DNA of 64,000 nucleotides, taken from NCBI GenBank assembly GCA_963555755.3, contig OY820905.2:2048001-2112000 (forward strand), in the 5' to 3' direction. The position numbers and the translations under genes were made by a program. Positions 28,724 through 39,354 of this stretch are shown one piece after another. Numbering within the stretch: position 1 is the stretch's first letter; every line of letters starts with the position of its first letter. The notes under the pieces were generated by a model. That model saw only the letters and a list, made by a program, of their open reading frames with translations, was not told where the DNA came from and made no database searches. The stretch comes from Nitrospirales bacterium (lineage in GTDB: Bacteria; Nitrospirota; Nitrospiria; Nitrospirales; UBA8639).

Positions 28724-30739
28724 TTACCTCCAGCGATAAGGCTCCCCTTCATCCACCACACTCCACGCCTCGACAAGATCCGCTGGCACTTCGTCCAAAA
28801 ATCTCGACGGCTTGGAGAGCACCGACCCTGTCACTTTATCATACACATTTATCGGGAAGGTCAGGTAGAGATGTTGTTTGGCTCGGGTTACCGCCACATA
28901 GAGCAGCCGACGTTCTTCTTCTACATCATCTTCGGTGAGAAACGAATAGGAAGAGGGGAATCGGCCATCCACCAGCCAAATCACAAACACGCACCGCCAT
29001 TCCAGCCCCTTGGCTGAATGAATGGTTGAGAGAATGAGCCGTTCATCATCACGGTCGGGCGCATCAATATCCACCACGCTTTCATTCGGGGGCTCAAGGG
29101 TCAGATCCGCAAGAAAGTCCCCTAAACTACTATAGCGCTCGGCCATCACCTGAAGATGTTCCAAGTCTCGAATGCGCTTGGGGTAGTCGTCATACTGGTC
29201 TTTCAAAATCGGGAAATAATATTCGAGCATCTGTTGGATTTGATCCGTCGGCAGCCCATCCTCCGCGTGGCCGACCGCATCAAGCGCTGCCGCTAAATTC
29301 CGCAACCCGTAAGACGACCGCCCTGTGATGTCTCGCAACACGTCACAGGGTGTGTCTGTATTGACTAAGCGAGCGATTACGTCCTTTGCCCGTTTCTGGC
29401 CAACGCCATCGATTAGCAGCAGCACGCGATGCCAACTCACGGTATCCAGCGGATTGTGTATCACCCGAAGATGGGCCAAGAGATCCTTGACATGCGCGGT
29501 CTCGATAAACTTAAACCCACCTCGTTTGATAAACGGGATATCTCTCTTCGAAAGCTCCACCTCTAAGTCAAACGCATGAAAACTCGAGCGAAACAGCACC
29601 GCGATGTCATTCAACGGTACGCCTTCGTCCCGCAATTCTAAAATCTTTTGTGCCACGAAACGAGATTGCGGATTTTCTCCCGCAGCTTGTACCAATGCCG
29701 GTCGCTCGCCACCTTTTTTTTTCGTAAACAAGGTCTTGCTGTATTTTTCCGTTGAGCCTTCGATGATGGCATTGGCCAACTCCAACACGGATTGTGTGCT
29801 GCGGTAATTTTCCTCTAACTTGAAAATCTGCGTGCCCGGGAACAATGTCGGAAAATCCATGATGTTGCGGAACGTCGCCCCACGAAACGCATAGATGGAC
29901 TGCGAGTCGTCCCCGACCACCATCACGTTGTCGTGCGTCGAAGCCAGTTTACGCACGACCTCGGATTGCAATCGATTGGTATCCTGATACTCGTCCACCA
30001 ATAGATAGCGGTAGGTTTCGGAAATCATGCGCCTCGCGGATTCATCCACTGTTAACAATTCACGAAGGCGTAGCAGGAGATCGTCATAATCGACTAATTG
30101 CCGTTGCCGTTTGGTGGACTCATACCCCTCCTGCAACTTCGTCAGATCGGTCAGGTATTCTCCAAAATGGCTGTACTCATTGAGCAAGACATCATCCAGC
30201 GATTGAAGAGTATTCGCACATTTGCTGAACATGTCGGCAATCGTTTTTTTGCGCGGGAACCGTTTACCTGTGTCGATCGGGCCAATTTGCCCACGCACCA
30301 TATTGACCAAATCTTCGGAATCCCCACGGTCTAAAATGGTGAAGCCCGGCTCTAAGCCAATGACCCGGCCAAAGCGTCGAAGCAGGATATTCGCCACGGA
30401 GTGGAAGGTCCCGCCCATGACTCGATCACTTTGAGGACCGATCAACAGCCCAACCCGGCCCAACATTTCCTGTGCAGATCTGCGCGTAAAAGTCAGCAGG
30501 AGGATCGAGGCTGGATCTACTCCCATATCAATCAGCCGAGCCACGCGATACACCAATACCCGTGTTTTGCCACTCCCCGCCCCGGCAATCACCAACGCGG
30601 GGCCGTTGACCTTTTCCACAGCGGCTAACTGTTGCGGGTTGAGTTCTCGGGCATAGTCTCGGGAGAGGGGCCGAACCGGCGTATCGGCGCTCGGCCGATT
30701 GAGCACATAGACTTTGGATTCAGGTTTCAGGGTATCCAT
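28724..30739 (-). CDS. UvrD/PcrA/Rep family ATP-dependent DNA helicase
   Basis: AGAGSGKT, VDEYQD, GDDSQSIY.FRGA, NYRS, STIHSAKGLEW, EERRLLYVAVTRA. Confidence 0.95.
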   Translation of the reverse strand: MDTLKPESKVYVLNRPSADTPVRPLSRDYARELNPQQLAAVEKVNGPALVIAGAGSGKTRVLVYRVARLIDMGVDPASILLLTFTRRSAQEMLGRVGLLIGPQSDRVMGGTFHSVANILLRRFGRVIGLEPGFTILDRGDSEDLVNMVRGQIGPIDTGKRFPRKKTIADMFSKCANTLQSLDDVLLNEYSHFGEYLTDLTKLQEGYESTKRQRQLVDYDDLLLRLRELLTVDESARRMISETYRYLLVDEYQDTNRLQSEVVRKLASTHDNVMVVGDDSQSIYAFRGATFRNIMDFPTLFPGTQIFKLEENYRSTQSVLELANAIIEGSTEKYSKTLFTKKKGGERPALVQAAGENPQSRFVAQKILELRDEGVPLNDIAVLFRSSFHAFDLEVELSKRDIPFIKRGGFKFIETAHVKDLLAHLRVIHNPLDTVSWHRVLLLIDGVGQKRAKDVIARLVNTDTPCDVLRDITGRSSYGLRNLAAALDAVGHAEDGLPTDQIQQMLEYYFPILKDQYDDYPKRIRDLEHLQVMAERYSSLGDFLADLTLEPPNESVVDIDAPDRDDERLILSTIHSAKGLEWRCVFVIWLVDGRFPSSYSFLTEDDVEEERRLLYVAVTRAKQHLYLTFPINVYDKVTGSVLSKPSRFLDEVPADLVEAWSVVDEGEPYRWR

Positions 30740-30934
30740 TGATTCAAAACCGGAAGGTCGTCGGGAGGGGGCCGTCTTGTAATACTGAGCCGTGTATAGC
30801 ATACGAGCAGGAGGGTGTTCAACGACAGGCCTACGATATCTGTCCATCCCCCAAATGGCCGTAAGGTGGCGCACTTGCACCACCTTTTCCGCATTTGTTT
30901 ATAATAACAACTTCACACTAAATCTGGAAACACT

Positions 30935-31804
30935 ATGGACGTTAAAAAAGAGCACGAAACCATTCTCAAAAACTTAGCGGACACCATGCTGGGTATCGCG
31001 CGTGAATCCGTTTCGATGGTGAAACGGAGTGATCAAGAAGTTTCCACCAGATTGAGCCGTGAACAGGAATGGGAAATTTATCTTGAATTTCTGAAAGTCA
31101 TGTTCAACCTTGCCGACCGTGTGTCCGCCTTTTACATCCCGCTTCAACAACAGCCGCAATTCATGGACAGTCTTGAAGACCACGTGAGCGATCGCCTGAC
31201 AACCCTCCTCGCCCCTTCCATGAGTTCGTCTGAGATTGATGATCAAGAATTGATGCTCTCCATGGGAAAAGCCGTTGCGGAAAGCCGGGAGATTTATGAA
31301 AAATACAAGTTTGTGTACTCAGAAGATACCAAAGCGCGGAATGCCTTTTTCCAACATGCAGCGGAACGTGTGGCCGGGAGCGCAGGCTCCTCTAACAATC
31401 AAGCCATTATTTCAGCGTCAACCTTATGTACCAGTGCAGTCATTCCTGCTATGACGGCCCTTTTTGAGGGCAAAACTGGGCAAGAATCTTCGGAGCCTGC
31501 TCCCTCTCAAACGGAGACTCCTCCCACCAGCTCTGACACTACCACTTCGGGGCCGGGAACCTCAGAGCCCTCCACCCCTGGACCGCAAGCCATCAAGCTC
31601 ATTAGTGTGATCTCAAGTATCTCAGGGGAGGAATTCGAAACACGCTGGGGACTGTTTCCTCAATTTCGACAAGACCTACGGCCGGAACACGTGAAGGAAT
31701 TAACCACGCATATGAACCGGGTTGCTCAAATCCTGGGGGATCGATTTGCCGTGCTCTCATCAAAGCTTTCTGAAGAATCAAACCAGCCATCTGGCAATGC
31801 CTAA
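30935..31804 (+). CDS. Hypothetical protein
   Basis: 289-aa ORF with a Ser/Thr/Pro linker. Confidence 0.75.
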   Translation: MDVKKEHETILKNLADTMLGIARESVSMVKRSDQEVSTRLSREQEWEIYLEFLKVMFNLADRVSAFYIPLQQQPQFMDSLEDHVSDRLTTLLAPSMSSSEIDDQELMLSMGKAVAESREIYEKYKFVYSEDTKARNAFFQHAAERVAGSAGSSNNQAIISASTLCTSAVIPAMTALFEGKTGQESSEPAPSQTETPPTSSDTTTSGPGTSEPSTPGPQAIKLISVISSISGEEFETRWGLFPQFRQDLRPEHVKELTTHMNRVAQILGDRFAVLSSKLSEESNQPSGNA

Positions 31805-31876
31805 ACAACCGCCTTCCTCACCTTAAGTCTCCTTGTGAATGTAACGAATTTCTTCTGTAGCGGGGAACATTTGACT

Positions 31877-34048
31877 ATGCACCACACCACACAACCGCAC
31901 GCAACGGATTCTAACACTGACTTTTCTCGCTTACACGAGCTCTCCATGAACGTCTGGTGGAGTTGGACACCTGTCGTACGTCAGGTCTTTCAAAACCTGG
32001 ATCAGACACTGTGGAGGCAGACACAACACAATCCAGTCAAGCTGCTCCAGGAGATCAAACCCGAACGGTTTTCAAACCTCACCCAGAATGTCGTTCTTAC
32101 CCGGCAGTACCATGCCGCAGTGAAGGCCTACGATGACTACATGTCCCAAACCGACCATTGGTTTGGCTCACGGTTTCCCCATGTCGCCACTGCGCCCATC
32201 GCCTACTTTTCCGCAGAATTCGGCCTTCATAATTCCATCCCTATTTATAGTGGCGGACTGGGCGTCTTGGCCGGTGACCATGTGAAAGAAGCCAGTGATT
32301 TAGGCATTCCACTAGTTGCCGTGAGTTTCATGTATTCCCAAGCTTACTTTCGCCAGGTGATTGGACCGGATGGATGGCAGGAAGCCATCAATGAACGATT
32401 CGATCGAGATTCTTCAGCCATACAGCCAGCCTTGCTTCCAACGGGAGAACAATGTCGCATCACCGTGCAATTAGGGAATCGACCGGTTCATTGTTTGATT
32501 TGGTTTATTCAAGTCGGGCGAGTGCGACTGTATTTATTGGACACGGATGTGTCCGACAATCAGCCAGACGATCGGACCTTATCAGCCCGTCTCTATGGCG
32601 GAGACCAGCAAACCCGAATATGCCAAGAAATCCTTCTGGGCATTGGTGGCGTTCGCGCACTCCGATCCCTGGGCATTCAACCACGTATGTGGCATGCCAA
32701 TGAAGGCCATGCGGCCTTTCTTAATCTCGAACGTATGAGAGAGTTGCTTCAACAGGGGCAGACAGACAATGAAGCGTTGCAACAGATTCGTCACAGTTCC
32801 TTGTTTACTACGCACACACCCGTCCCGGCCGGCCACGATGTCTTCTCCGAAGAAATCATGGAAAACTATTTTTCTTCTTATTGGGAAGACATGGGATTAA
32901 GCCGAGAGGACTTTTTTCAATTAGGGCAGCACCCTCAGGAATCTTCTGGCCGATTTCACATGACGGCACTCGCCATTCGGTTTTCTTCAAGTGTCAATGG
33001 TGTGAGCGAAGAACATGGACGAGTATCACGAAACATGTGGCAAGGCATGTGGCCTGAACACGCCGAAGATCGAGTTCCCATTCAATACGTGACCAATGGC
33101 GTCCACATCCCCACGTGGATTGCTCCCGAGATGAGCCATCTATATTCGAAGCATTTGGGGCCACAGTGGCAGGATCATTCCGACGATGCCGCGGTTTGGC
33201 ATCGTGTGCTGGATATCCCTGATCATGACCTGTGGGAAGTCCGACAATTTCTCAAACGGAAACTGCTGAGTTTCATCAGGCAACGGATACAAAAAGGCTG
33301 GACCACAGGCCGTTTAGAGGCACAACAGGTCATCGCTGGGGGCGCCCTGCTCAATCCCTATGCCTTAACCATTGGCTTTGGTCGTCGGTTTGCCACGTAT
33401 AAACGGGCGAACCTGTTATTTTATGATCCCGATCGCTTAAAGGCGCTTCTCCAAAACCCCTGGCAGCCGGTTCAATTTGTGTTTGCCGGCAAAGCCCACC
33501 CCGCGGACAAACCCGGGCAAGAACTCATCCACGAAGTCTATCAGTTTGCCAAACAACATGACTTTGGCGGACACATCACCTTTCTCGAAGATTATGATAT
33601 GCATGTCGCGAAGTTTCTCGTTCAAGGTGTGGACGTGTGGCTGAACAATCCCCGTCCTCCATTGGAAGCCAGCGGGACGAGTGGACAAAAGGCAGCTCTC
33701 AACGGGGTTCCCAATTTGAGCGTCTTGGATGGCTGGTGGAAGGAAGGTTATGACGGAACCAATGGCTGGGCATTTCCGTTGGCTACAGAGGAATTGGAGG
33801 AAGCTGCTCAGGACCGCCATGACGCCGAAGCCCTCTTGCATCTCCTGGAAAAGGAAGTCATTCCCTTGTACTACCAGCGCGACCAGGATGGGATTCCTCA
33901 CGGGTGGGTAAAAATTGTGAAAAATGCGATTCGGACGAATGCCCCACGATTCAGTGCCAGACGCATGCTCAAAGACTATGTCCACCAATTTTATGCCATG
34001 GAACACACCAGCACACCCCCCGTTCAATCCTTCGAACAGGTGCGTTAA
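31877..34048 (+). CDS. glgP: Alpha-glucan (glycogen) phosphorylase
   Basis: YSGGLGVLAGD, NEGH, TTHTPVPAG, RRFATYKR, EASGTSGQK PLP motif. Confidence 0.96.
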   Translation: MHHTTQPHATDSNTDFSRLHELSMNVWWSWTPVVRQVFQNLDQTLWRQTQHNPVKLLQEIKPERFSNLTQNVVLTRQYHAAVKAYDDYMSQTDHWFGSRFPHVATAPIAYFSAEFGLHNSIPIYSGGLGVLAGDHVKEASDLGIPLVAVSFMYSQAYFRQVIGPDGWQEAINERFDRDSSAIQPALLPTGEQCRITVQLGNRPVHCLIWFIQVGRVRLYLLDTDVSDNQPDDRTLSARLYGGDQQTRICQEILLGIGGVRALRSLGIQPRMWHANEGHAAFLNLERMRELLQQGQTDNEALQQIRHSSLFTTHTPVPAGHDVFSEEIMENYFSSYWEDMGLSREDFFQLGQHPQESSGRFHMTALAIRFSSSVNGVSEEHGRVSRNMWQGMWPEHAEDRVPIQYVTNGVHIPTWIAPEMSHLYSKHLGPQWQDHSDDAAVWHRVLDIPDHDLWEVRQFLKRKLLSFIRQRIQKGWTTGRLEAQQVIAGGALLNPYALTIGFGRRFATYKRANLLFYDPDRLKALLQNPWQPVQFVFAGKAHPADKPGQELIHEVYQFAKQHDFGGHITFLEDYDMHVAKFLVQGVDVWLNNPRPPLEASGTSGQKAALNGVPNLSVLDGWWKEGYDGTNGWAFPLATEELEEAAQDRHDAEALLHLLEKEVIPLYYQRDQDGIPHGWVKIVKNAIRTNAPRFSARRMLKDYVHQFYAMEHTSTPPVQSFEQVR

Positions 34049-34093
34049 CGATTTCGGAAAAGTCGCACATATTTCGCCTCTGCGTATCTCTCC

Positions 34094-34121
34094 AAAAAGA
34101 CCAGCCACGCTGGTCTTTTTT
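34094..34121 (+). terminator. Intrinsic terminator after glgP
   Basis: AAAAAGACCAGC-CAC-GCTGGTCTTTTTT. Confidence 0.7.
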
Positions 34122-34286
34122 ATTATTTGCATTCTTCCTCGGACAGATCATAGTATCCTATTCAACCGTAACGGCTCAGGTTGATAGGCTGAAGGCTGAA
34201 GGCATTGAGTGCATGATCAAACAATACGTCGGGCATGTGAGATAGGTAACGGGTTCCCCGTCAGCCTTCAGCCTAATTTGTGAAGC

Positions 34287-34730
34287 ATGATGATTAAATT
34301 TGTGGGCATACTGCTCCTTTTGGGAGGAATCTTTTGGGCTGGCTACTATGTTGGTCAACAACCCCCTGAGGACGTGAAACGAACGCTACGAACCATGTCG
34401 GAAGATGTGGTGGAACGAACCTTGGGATTCGAGGATGGAAAGCTGGATCTCAAACGAGAATTTCTTGAGGCCAAGTCTCGCTTTCTTGAGGGCAAAGCGG
34501 AAATCTTGGATGGCGAATATGGTGAGGCCGCGGAAGAACTGGGGGAAGCACTGAAACATCTAAAAAACGCGGTAGGAATCCAGGGGAAGAAAACCTCTCA
34601 GGTAGTCATTGATGGACTGATGTCCAAACTCAACGATATCAAACAATCCTTGGCTTCAGGCCAAGAGGTGTCTCAGGACAAGATTGATGAGGCGCAAGAA
34701 GAACTCGACGCGCTCATTTCAGAGGATTAA
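34287..34730 (+). CDS. Membrane-anchored helical hypothetical protein
   Basis: N-terminal TM segment followed by a helical region. Confidence 0.75.
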   Translation: MMIKFVGILLLLGGIFWAGYYVGQQPPEDVKRTLRTMSEDVVERTLGFEDGKLDLKREFLEAKSRFLEGKAEILDGEYGEAAEELGEALKHLKNAVGIQGKKTSQVVIDGLMSKLNDIKQSLASGQEVSQDKIDEAQEELDALISED

Positions 34731-34780
34731 AATAAAGACCGACTCGATTCAAACGCTTCACGAATTACGTCTTTTCTTTA

Positions 34781-34959
34781 GGACCTGAGAGAAAATAACT
34801 TGGACATCTCGCATCCAATCTTCGGGCCATCTTTGAACGGGCCTCAATCGAAAAACCCTCAACATAGCTGTGCTATGCCTCGAGTTTTCCTCAATCGTTC
34901 CGTCCAAATCCGACCCAAATCTTGGCACGATATTGTCCAAGTTATTTTCTCTCAGGTCC
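34781..34959. mobile_element. MITE family A (copy)
   Basis: TIR GGACCTGAGAGAAAATAACTTGGACA, TTA on both sides. Confidence 0.88.
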
Positions 34960-35874
34960 TTAGGCGTTAGCCGCCTCTTTTTCCGTCTCCTTGACCCGAT
35001 CTTTTTTCCAGACAGCGAGAATGCGTTCGACCCTCATGCGCACGACAAGATCCGGGTCTTTCATCAAGGGTTTGATGGCCACTCGGCCTCGAGGATCACC
35101 GATTTTTTCCAATGAGGACGCGGCGGTCAAACGGACCATCCAATCTTGATCCTGAAGCAACGCAATAAGCGGATCCACGGCCTGGGCATCTTGGATGTCT
35201 CCCAGAGCAAGGATGGATTGTTTTTGGACGAAATCATCGCGGTGACTCAGCGCTTCAATGAGTTTGGGCACAGCAGGTGGGCCAAGATCCACAAGCGCAC
35301 GGGTGGCATCATCTTTAAACTCATCGCTTTTCAGCCACGAGATTAACGGGTCGAGTACGCGTTCATCGTTAATCTTTCCAAGCGTCCGAAGGACGTATTT
35401 TCGAGATTCCCAGTCCCGTACAAACCGCAGGAGCAGGTCCACCGCCGGCGGCCCAATATCGCTAACAGCTTCTACCGCGGCTTCCCGAACCTGCCAGTCT
35501 CCATCCCGCAGCGCCCGGCACAGCGGGTCCACACACCGTTCATCGGCCATTTCCCCCAGTGTGATGACCGCTTCGCGTCTCACCACCCAATCGGTGTCTT
35601 GCATTAAATCGATTTGAATGTCGATTTCATCTTTGACTTTTTCTTCTTCAAGCTCGTACTCCGCGTCTTCGTCCGTTTCTTCTTCCGCTTCCTCTTCCGT
35701 TTCCCCTTCCACTATTTCTGCATCAGCTGAAGCCACGACCTCTCCATCCATGATGGAATCAGAGAATTCATCGACCATGTCATCCGTGACAACCTGATCC
35801 GAATCGTCAGCCACCTGCGTTTCAGAATTTTCAGCTTCCGGTTCTTCCGAAGAAGATTTGAGATCTTCACTCAT
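34960..35874 (-). CDS. HEAT/PBS-lyase repeat protein with acidic N-terminus
   Basis: Repeated D.DW.VR..A..LG...D.R.VDPL. Confidence 0.9.
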   Translation of the reverse strand: MSEDLKSSSEEPEAENSETQVADDSDQVVTDDMVDEFSDSIMDGEVVASADAEIVEGETEEEAEEETDEDAEYELEEEKVKDEIDIQIDLMQDTDWVVRREAVITLGEMADERCVDPLCRALRDGDWQVREAAVEAVSDIGPPAVDLLLRFVRDWESRKYVLRTLGKINDERVLDPLISWLKSDEFKDDATRALVDLGPPAVPKLIEALSHRDDFVQKQSILALGDIQDAQAVDPLIALLQDQDWMVRLTAASSLEKIGDPRGRVAIKPLMKDPDLVVRMRVERILAVWKKDRVKETEKEAANA

Positions 35875-35946
35875 AACACAACTCCCCTTTCACGCACCTC
35901 AAGGTATGACTTAACCCTTGTTTGATCTTTTTGACTCTAAGACGTA

Positions 35947-36147
35947 TTAGGCCTTCGCCTTCTTTTTACCCGCCGCTTGTGCAATACGAGCCGCCCGAGA
36001 ACTGATTTTTCGCTGCACACGTTTAAGACGTTTGCGGAGTCTCCGCAAAACGGCATCACCTTCGGTTTTCTCGCTTTTGGCACAACCTTCCGTGACTTTT
36101 TTCTTTAACGCTCCTAAATCATCTGCTAATAAACGCTTTTTGCCCAT
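35947..36147 (-). CDS. Small basic hypothetical protein
   Basis: GGAGGAG RBS; Lys/Arg-rich 66 aa. Confidence 0.65.
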   Translation of the reverse strand: MGKKRLLADDLGALKKKVTEGCAKSEKTEGDAVLRRLRKRLKRVQRKISSRAARIAQAAGKKKAKA

Positions 36148-36308
36148 GAATTTCTCCTCCGCAATGAACCCCCATCCTGGGACTGGAAACTTCCTCTATT
36201 TCTTGAGTCTAGTCAACGCCATTCCTGGGTGTCAACTTTAACAAATAATCGTGGAGAGGGGACTAGTGGAGGGAGTAAGGCCATGTCCAAGAATACATTC
36301 TTTGAAGT

Positions 36309-36842
36309 TCAGTCTTTTCCCATGGGGCTTCTTACTCGTTGCCAGTTCAGGCAAAAACTTCGTTCGTAGGCCAGGATTTTCCAGGCTTCATCTTCGGTGA
36401 TCGTGACAGGAATCATAGGAACCATACCCGTTCCCGGGCTTCCATTTTTTAGAATCCAAAATAATTCACCATCACGCCGGCGCGCATGAAACCGACAATT
36501 CGTAAAATTACGTGGGCTCGGAGTGAGTTGGCGACCCACGGGGCCATCCCCAAGCCCAAATTCGCCATGGCAACTCACACAGGTGCCCTTCCCCTCGTAC
36601 AACACCTTCCCCTCGTACAACACCTTCCCCTCAGCAATGATATCGGGAGGGGCCTGCTTCGTGACACCAAATGGGGGAATCATTTTTCTGGCCATCGCCC
36701 GCTCCATGACTGGAACCCGAGGCCGCAAAGACTCCGCTTCTTGAGCAAAAAGCGGCGTCCACGACGGGGCAACAACCAACAACACGATGCCCAAGAAAAT
36801 AGTCCGGCTCCTCAAAATTTGTTTCGGCACAGTCTGTCTCAT
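36309..36842 (-). CDS. Monoheme cytochrome c (paralog 2)
   Basis: CVSCH; signal peptide; GSPGTGM. Confidence 0.9.
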   Translation of the reverse strand: MRQTVPKQILRSRTIFLGIVLLVVAPSWTPLFAQEAESLRPRVPVMERAMARKMIPPFGVTKQAPPDIIAEGKVLYEGKVLYEGKGTCVSCHGEFGLGDGPVGRQLTPSPRNFTNCRFHARRRDGELFWILKNGSPGTGMVPMIPVTITEDEAWKILAYERSFCLNWQRVRSPMGKD

Positions 36843-36928
36843 CTTTTCACCAGCATTGAGCAAAAAAACCCCGCTTAGGTTCCATCCTAAACAGGGCTTT
36901 TTTTATTCTTCAGGAAAGAATCCTGAAA

Positions 36929-37402
36929 TTACTTTTTTTTACGCCATTTCTTACAGAAGCTCCGCTCGTAGGCTATCACCTTCCACGCATCTTCTTCGGA
37001 AATGGTCGCAGGCACCAGGGACACCATTCCGGTCCCTGGGCTGCCATTCTTAATGACCCAGAACAATTCACCATCTTTCCGTTTCTTGTGGAATTTGCAA
37101 TTGGTGAAATCCCGGGGACCTGGGGTTAACACTTTACCAGCAAGGCCTTTGCCATCACCGAGTTTTCCATGGCAATTGACGCAGGTACCCTTGCCTTCAA
37201 AAATCGCCTTCCCTTCCGCCACGATTTCGTCTGACACCTTTTTGCTCTTTCCATAGGGCGCCTTCAATTTTTTTGCGGCCCCCTTTTCAGCCCTCGGAAC
37301 CCTTGATTTCTTCCAATCTCCTTCGGGCCCAGCAAAGGCCACGTTGCCACTGACAAAGGCAAATGCCGTGATCAAACTACAAATCGCTAAAAACTTCTTC
37401 AT
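36929..37402 (-). CDS. Monoheme cytochrome c (paralog 1)
   Basis: CVNCH; signal peptide; RBS AAGGAGG. Confidence 0.92.
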   Translation of the reverse strand: MKKFLAICSLITAFAFVSGNVAFAGPEGDWKKSRVPRAEKGAAKKLKAPYGKSKKVSDEIVAEGKAIFEGKGTCVNCHGKLGDGKGLAGKVLTPGPRDFTNCKFHKKRKDGELFWVIKNGSPGTGMVSLVPATISEEDAWKVIAYERSFCKKWRKKK

Positions 37403-37583
37403 GAATTCCTCCTTTGATAATGAGATCGCATACAAAAAAACAGTTGGGGCCACTATCCGTGGTCACCGCAAAACCCTATTTTTTTCATGATACTCCTCGG
37501 TTCCCTTGATTTCAAAGCATGCAAAACGCCAAAATATATCAACGCTTTTTTAATATTGTCAAGGCTGAACCACAACCATGAGA

Positions 37584-38012
37584 TCACATTAAGTCATTGT
37601 TTTTGAAAGGTTTTCTGTCGCCACGTTCAAACACTTTTGGCAAGAGATCTTCGATGACATGCAATTGGATTGTTCCACACTTATCCACAAGTATGATTTG
37701 CAGACCAGGAGCAAATTCCCACAACAGTTGTCGACAGGTGCCACAGGGAGGACAATGCACCCCTTCCTCGCACACAATGGCCAATGCTAAAAATTTTCGA
37801 AATCCCTCAGACAGAGCTTTAAATAACGCTACGCGTTCAGCGCAAATACCGAGATACACAGGGCTTTCAATGTTGCACCCTGTCAATATGGCGCCATGAT
37901 CGGTTTGCAAGGCTGCCCCGACACGAAAGCCCGAGGAGGGCGCCACCGCATGCTGATAGGCAGCTTCCGCAGCTTTGATTAATGGTTGGATATCAAGGGG
38001 TTGTTCGGACAT
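37584..38012 (-). CDS. cdd: Cytidine deaminase
   Basis: FRVGAAL, GCNIE, CAER, PCGTCRQ. Confidence 0.92.
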   Translation of the reverse strand: MSEQPLDIQPLIKAAEAAYQHAVAPSSGFRVGAALQTDHGAILTGCNIESPVYLGICAERVALFKALSEGFRKFLALAIVCEEGVHCPPCGTCRQLLWEFAPGLQIILVDKCGTIQLHVIEDLLPKVFERGDRKPFKNNDLM

Positions 38013-38066
38013 CGGAGGGTACAATTTTGTGATTGGGAGGATTTTACTCCGTAAAGGAGTCTGTTG

Positions 38067-38109
38067 AATAATTCAAAAATAATTCAAAAATAATTCAAAA
38101 ATAATTCAA
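38067..38109 (+). repeat. 11-bp tandem repeat, about 4 copies
   Basis: AATAATTCAAA repeated. Confidence 0.85.
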
Positions 38110-38144
38110 TTTTGCGACAAACACCTTGAGGTATAAAGAGAACA

Positions 38145-38315
38145 GGGGCCGTTCAAAAAGGCCGCCCAGCAAGGCCACCGGGCCTTTGGCGCACGGAGCA
38201 TACGGGAGTACAACAAAGGCTCGACCTACCTGCACGAAGCCGTTTCGGCGGAGGCAGGGAACGCAGCTGGGGGATCCTTCGAAAAGACTCAGGACATGCT
38301 TTTTCAACAGCACCC
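38145..38315. mobile_element. MITE family D
   Basis: GTTCAAAAAG...CTTTTTCAAC ends, CAAGG...GAGCATAC..GTAC core; abuts the rodZ stop. Confidence 0.75.
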
Positions 38316-39242
38316 TTATGGTTTGATTTCGAGGTCACGTATCACCGTTCCACGTTCTCCAAAGGGTCCGCGCGGTTCTCCGTTGAGAGTCACCTTGACC
38401 CCGCCGGCATTTCCCAGAGTCAAGAAAAATCGGTCATGAGCCCGCCAAAGCGCCCGCTCTCCTGGTTGCAATAAGGCCTCATGCGGCTCTCGGTCATCAG
38501 ATCGGACAACAACCCAAGTGATTTCCAATGCCTCCAACTCCAACATTAAGGGTCCGTCCTGTTCGCCCATTCCCGGCTCGAACGGGGAACGCATTGTCCT
38601 CACAACCCTAACTGGCGGGGCAACCGATGCTTCTTCAACGACTTCCACCGGCCCGGGATCAAGCTGGGTACCCCCTGATGGTGTTGGGACAGTTTTTGAT
38701 ACCGGGGTAACCGGGAACGGAGCCTCCTCTACATTCAACGATGATGTTGGATTTTGTGCCTCCGAGGAAACTGCTTGACCTGCCTCTGGTTCATCCGCAG
38801 GTTGAGTCGAGAAGTCGGATGCAGTCTTAGATTTTTGCTCTTGGAAAGAAGTTGGTGACGGTGATTGTTCGTTGGGCAAAATAAATACAAGCCCAACCAG
38901 AATCACCCCTGTCAGAATAATCACCGCATTTCGATTCGCTTTCCCCTTGCGATCTTCCTCCTCACGTTTGATGACCTGTTGATGGTCCTCCTCCTCCTTC
39001 TGATAATACGACCCGGCTACAGCTGAAAAACGCCGCAGGGCTTCTTCCTCCTCCACCCCCAACATCTGGGCGTAGGTCCGGACAAACCCTTTGGTAAAGA
39101 CTTTTTGAGGAAGCATATGAAAATTTTCTTCCTCTAAAGCTTGCAAATAGGATTCCTGGATCCTTGTGATGGCACCCACCTGCTCTAGCGTTAAGTCCTT
39201 AGCTTCTCGTGCCTCTCGGAAAAATGTCCCTAACGAATCCAT
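38316..39242 (-). CDS. rodZ: Cytoskeleton protein RodZ
   Basis: N-terminal HTH (YLQALEE...KGFVRTYA), TM, C-terminal LTLGNAGGVKVTLNG. Confidence 0.88.
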   Translation of the reverse strand: MDSLGTFFREAREAKDLTLEQVGAITRIQESYLQALEEENFHMLPQKVFTKGFVRTYAQMLGVEEEEALRRFSAVAGSYYQKEEEDHQQVIKREEEDRKGKANRNAVIILTGVILVGLVFILPNEQSPSPTSFQEQKSKTASDFSTQPADEPEAGQAVSSEAQNPTSSLNVEEAPFPVTPVSKTVPTPSGGTQLDPGPVEVVEEASVAPPVRVVRTMRSPFEPGMGEQDGPLMLELEALEITWVVVRSDDREPHEALLQPGERALWRAHDRFFLTLGNAGGVKVTLNGEPRGPFGERGTVIRDLEIKP

Positions 39243-39354
39243 GCTTGCGCCTCAACCAACCTATTACACTGAATCAGCCTTAAGAGAAAACCCTGAATGA
39301 AAAACATGCAGCTTGCACCCGCCAAGATCATCGAACCAGACCTGTTCCACCCTA

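Noticed and set aside
33437..34132. 231-aa minus-strand ORF (similarly 62536-63270)
   Set aside because: Antisense shadow of well-supported genes
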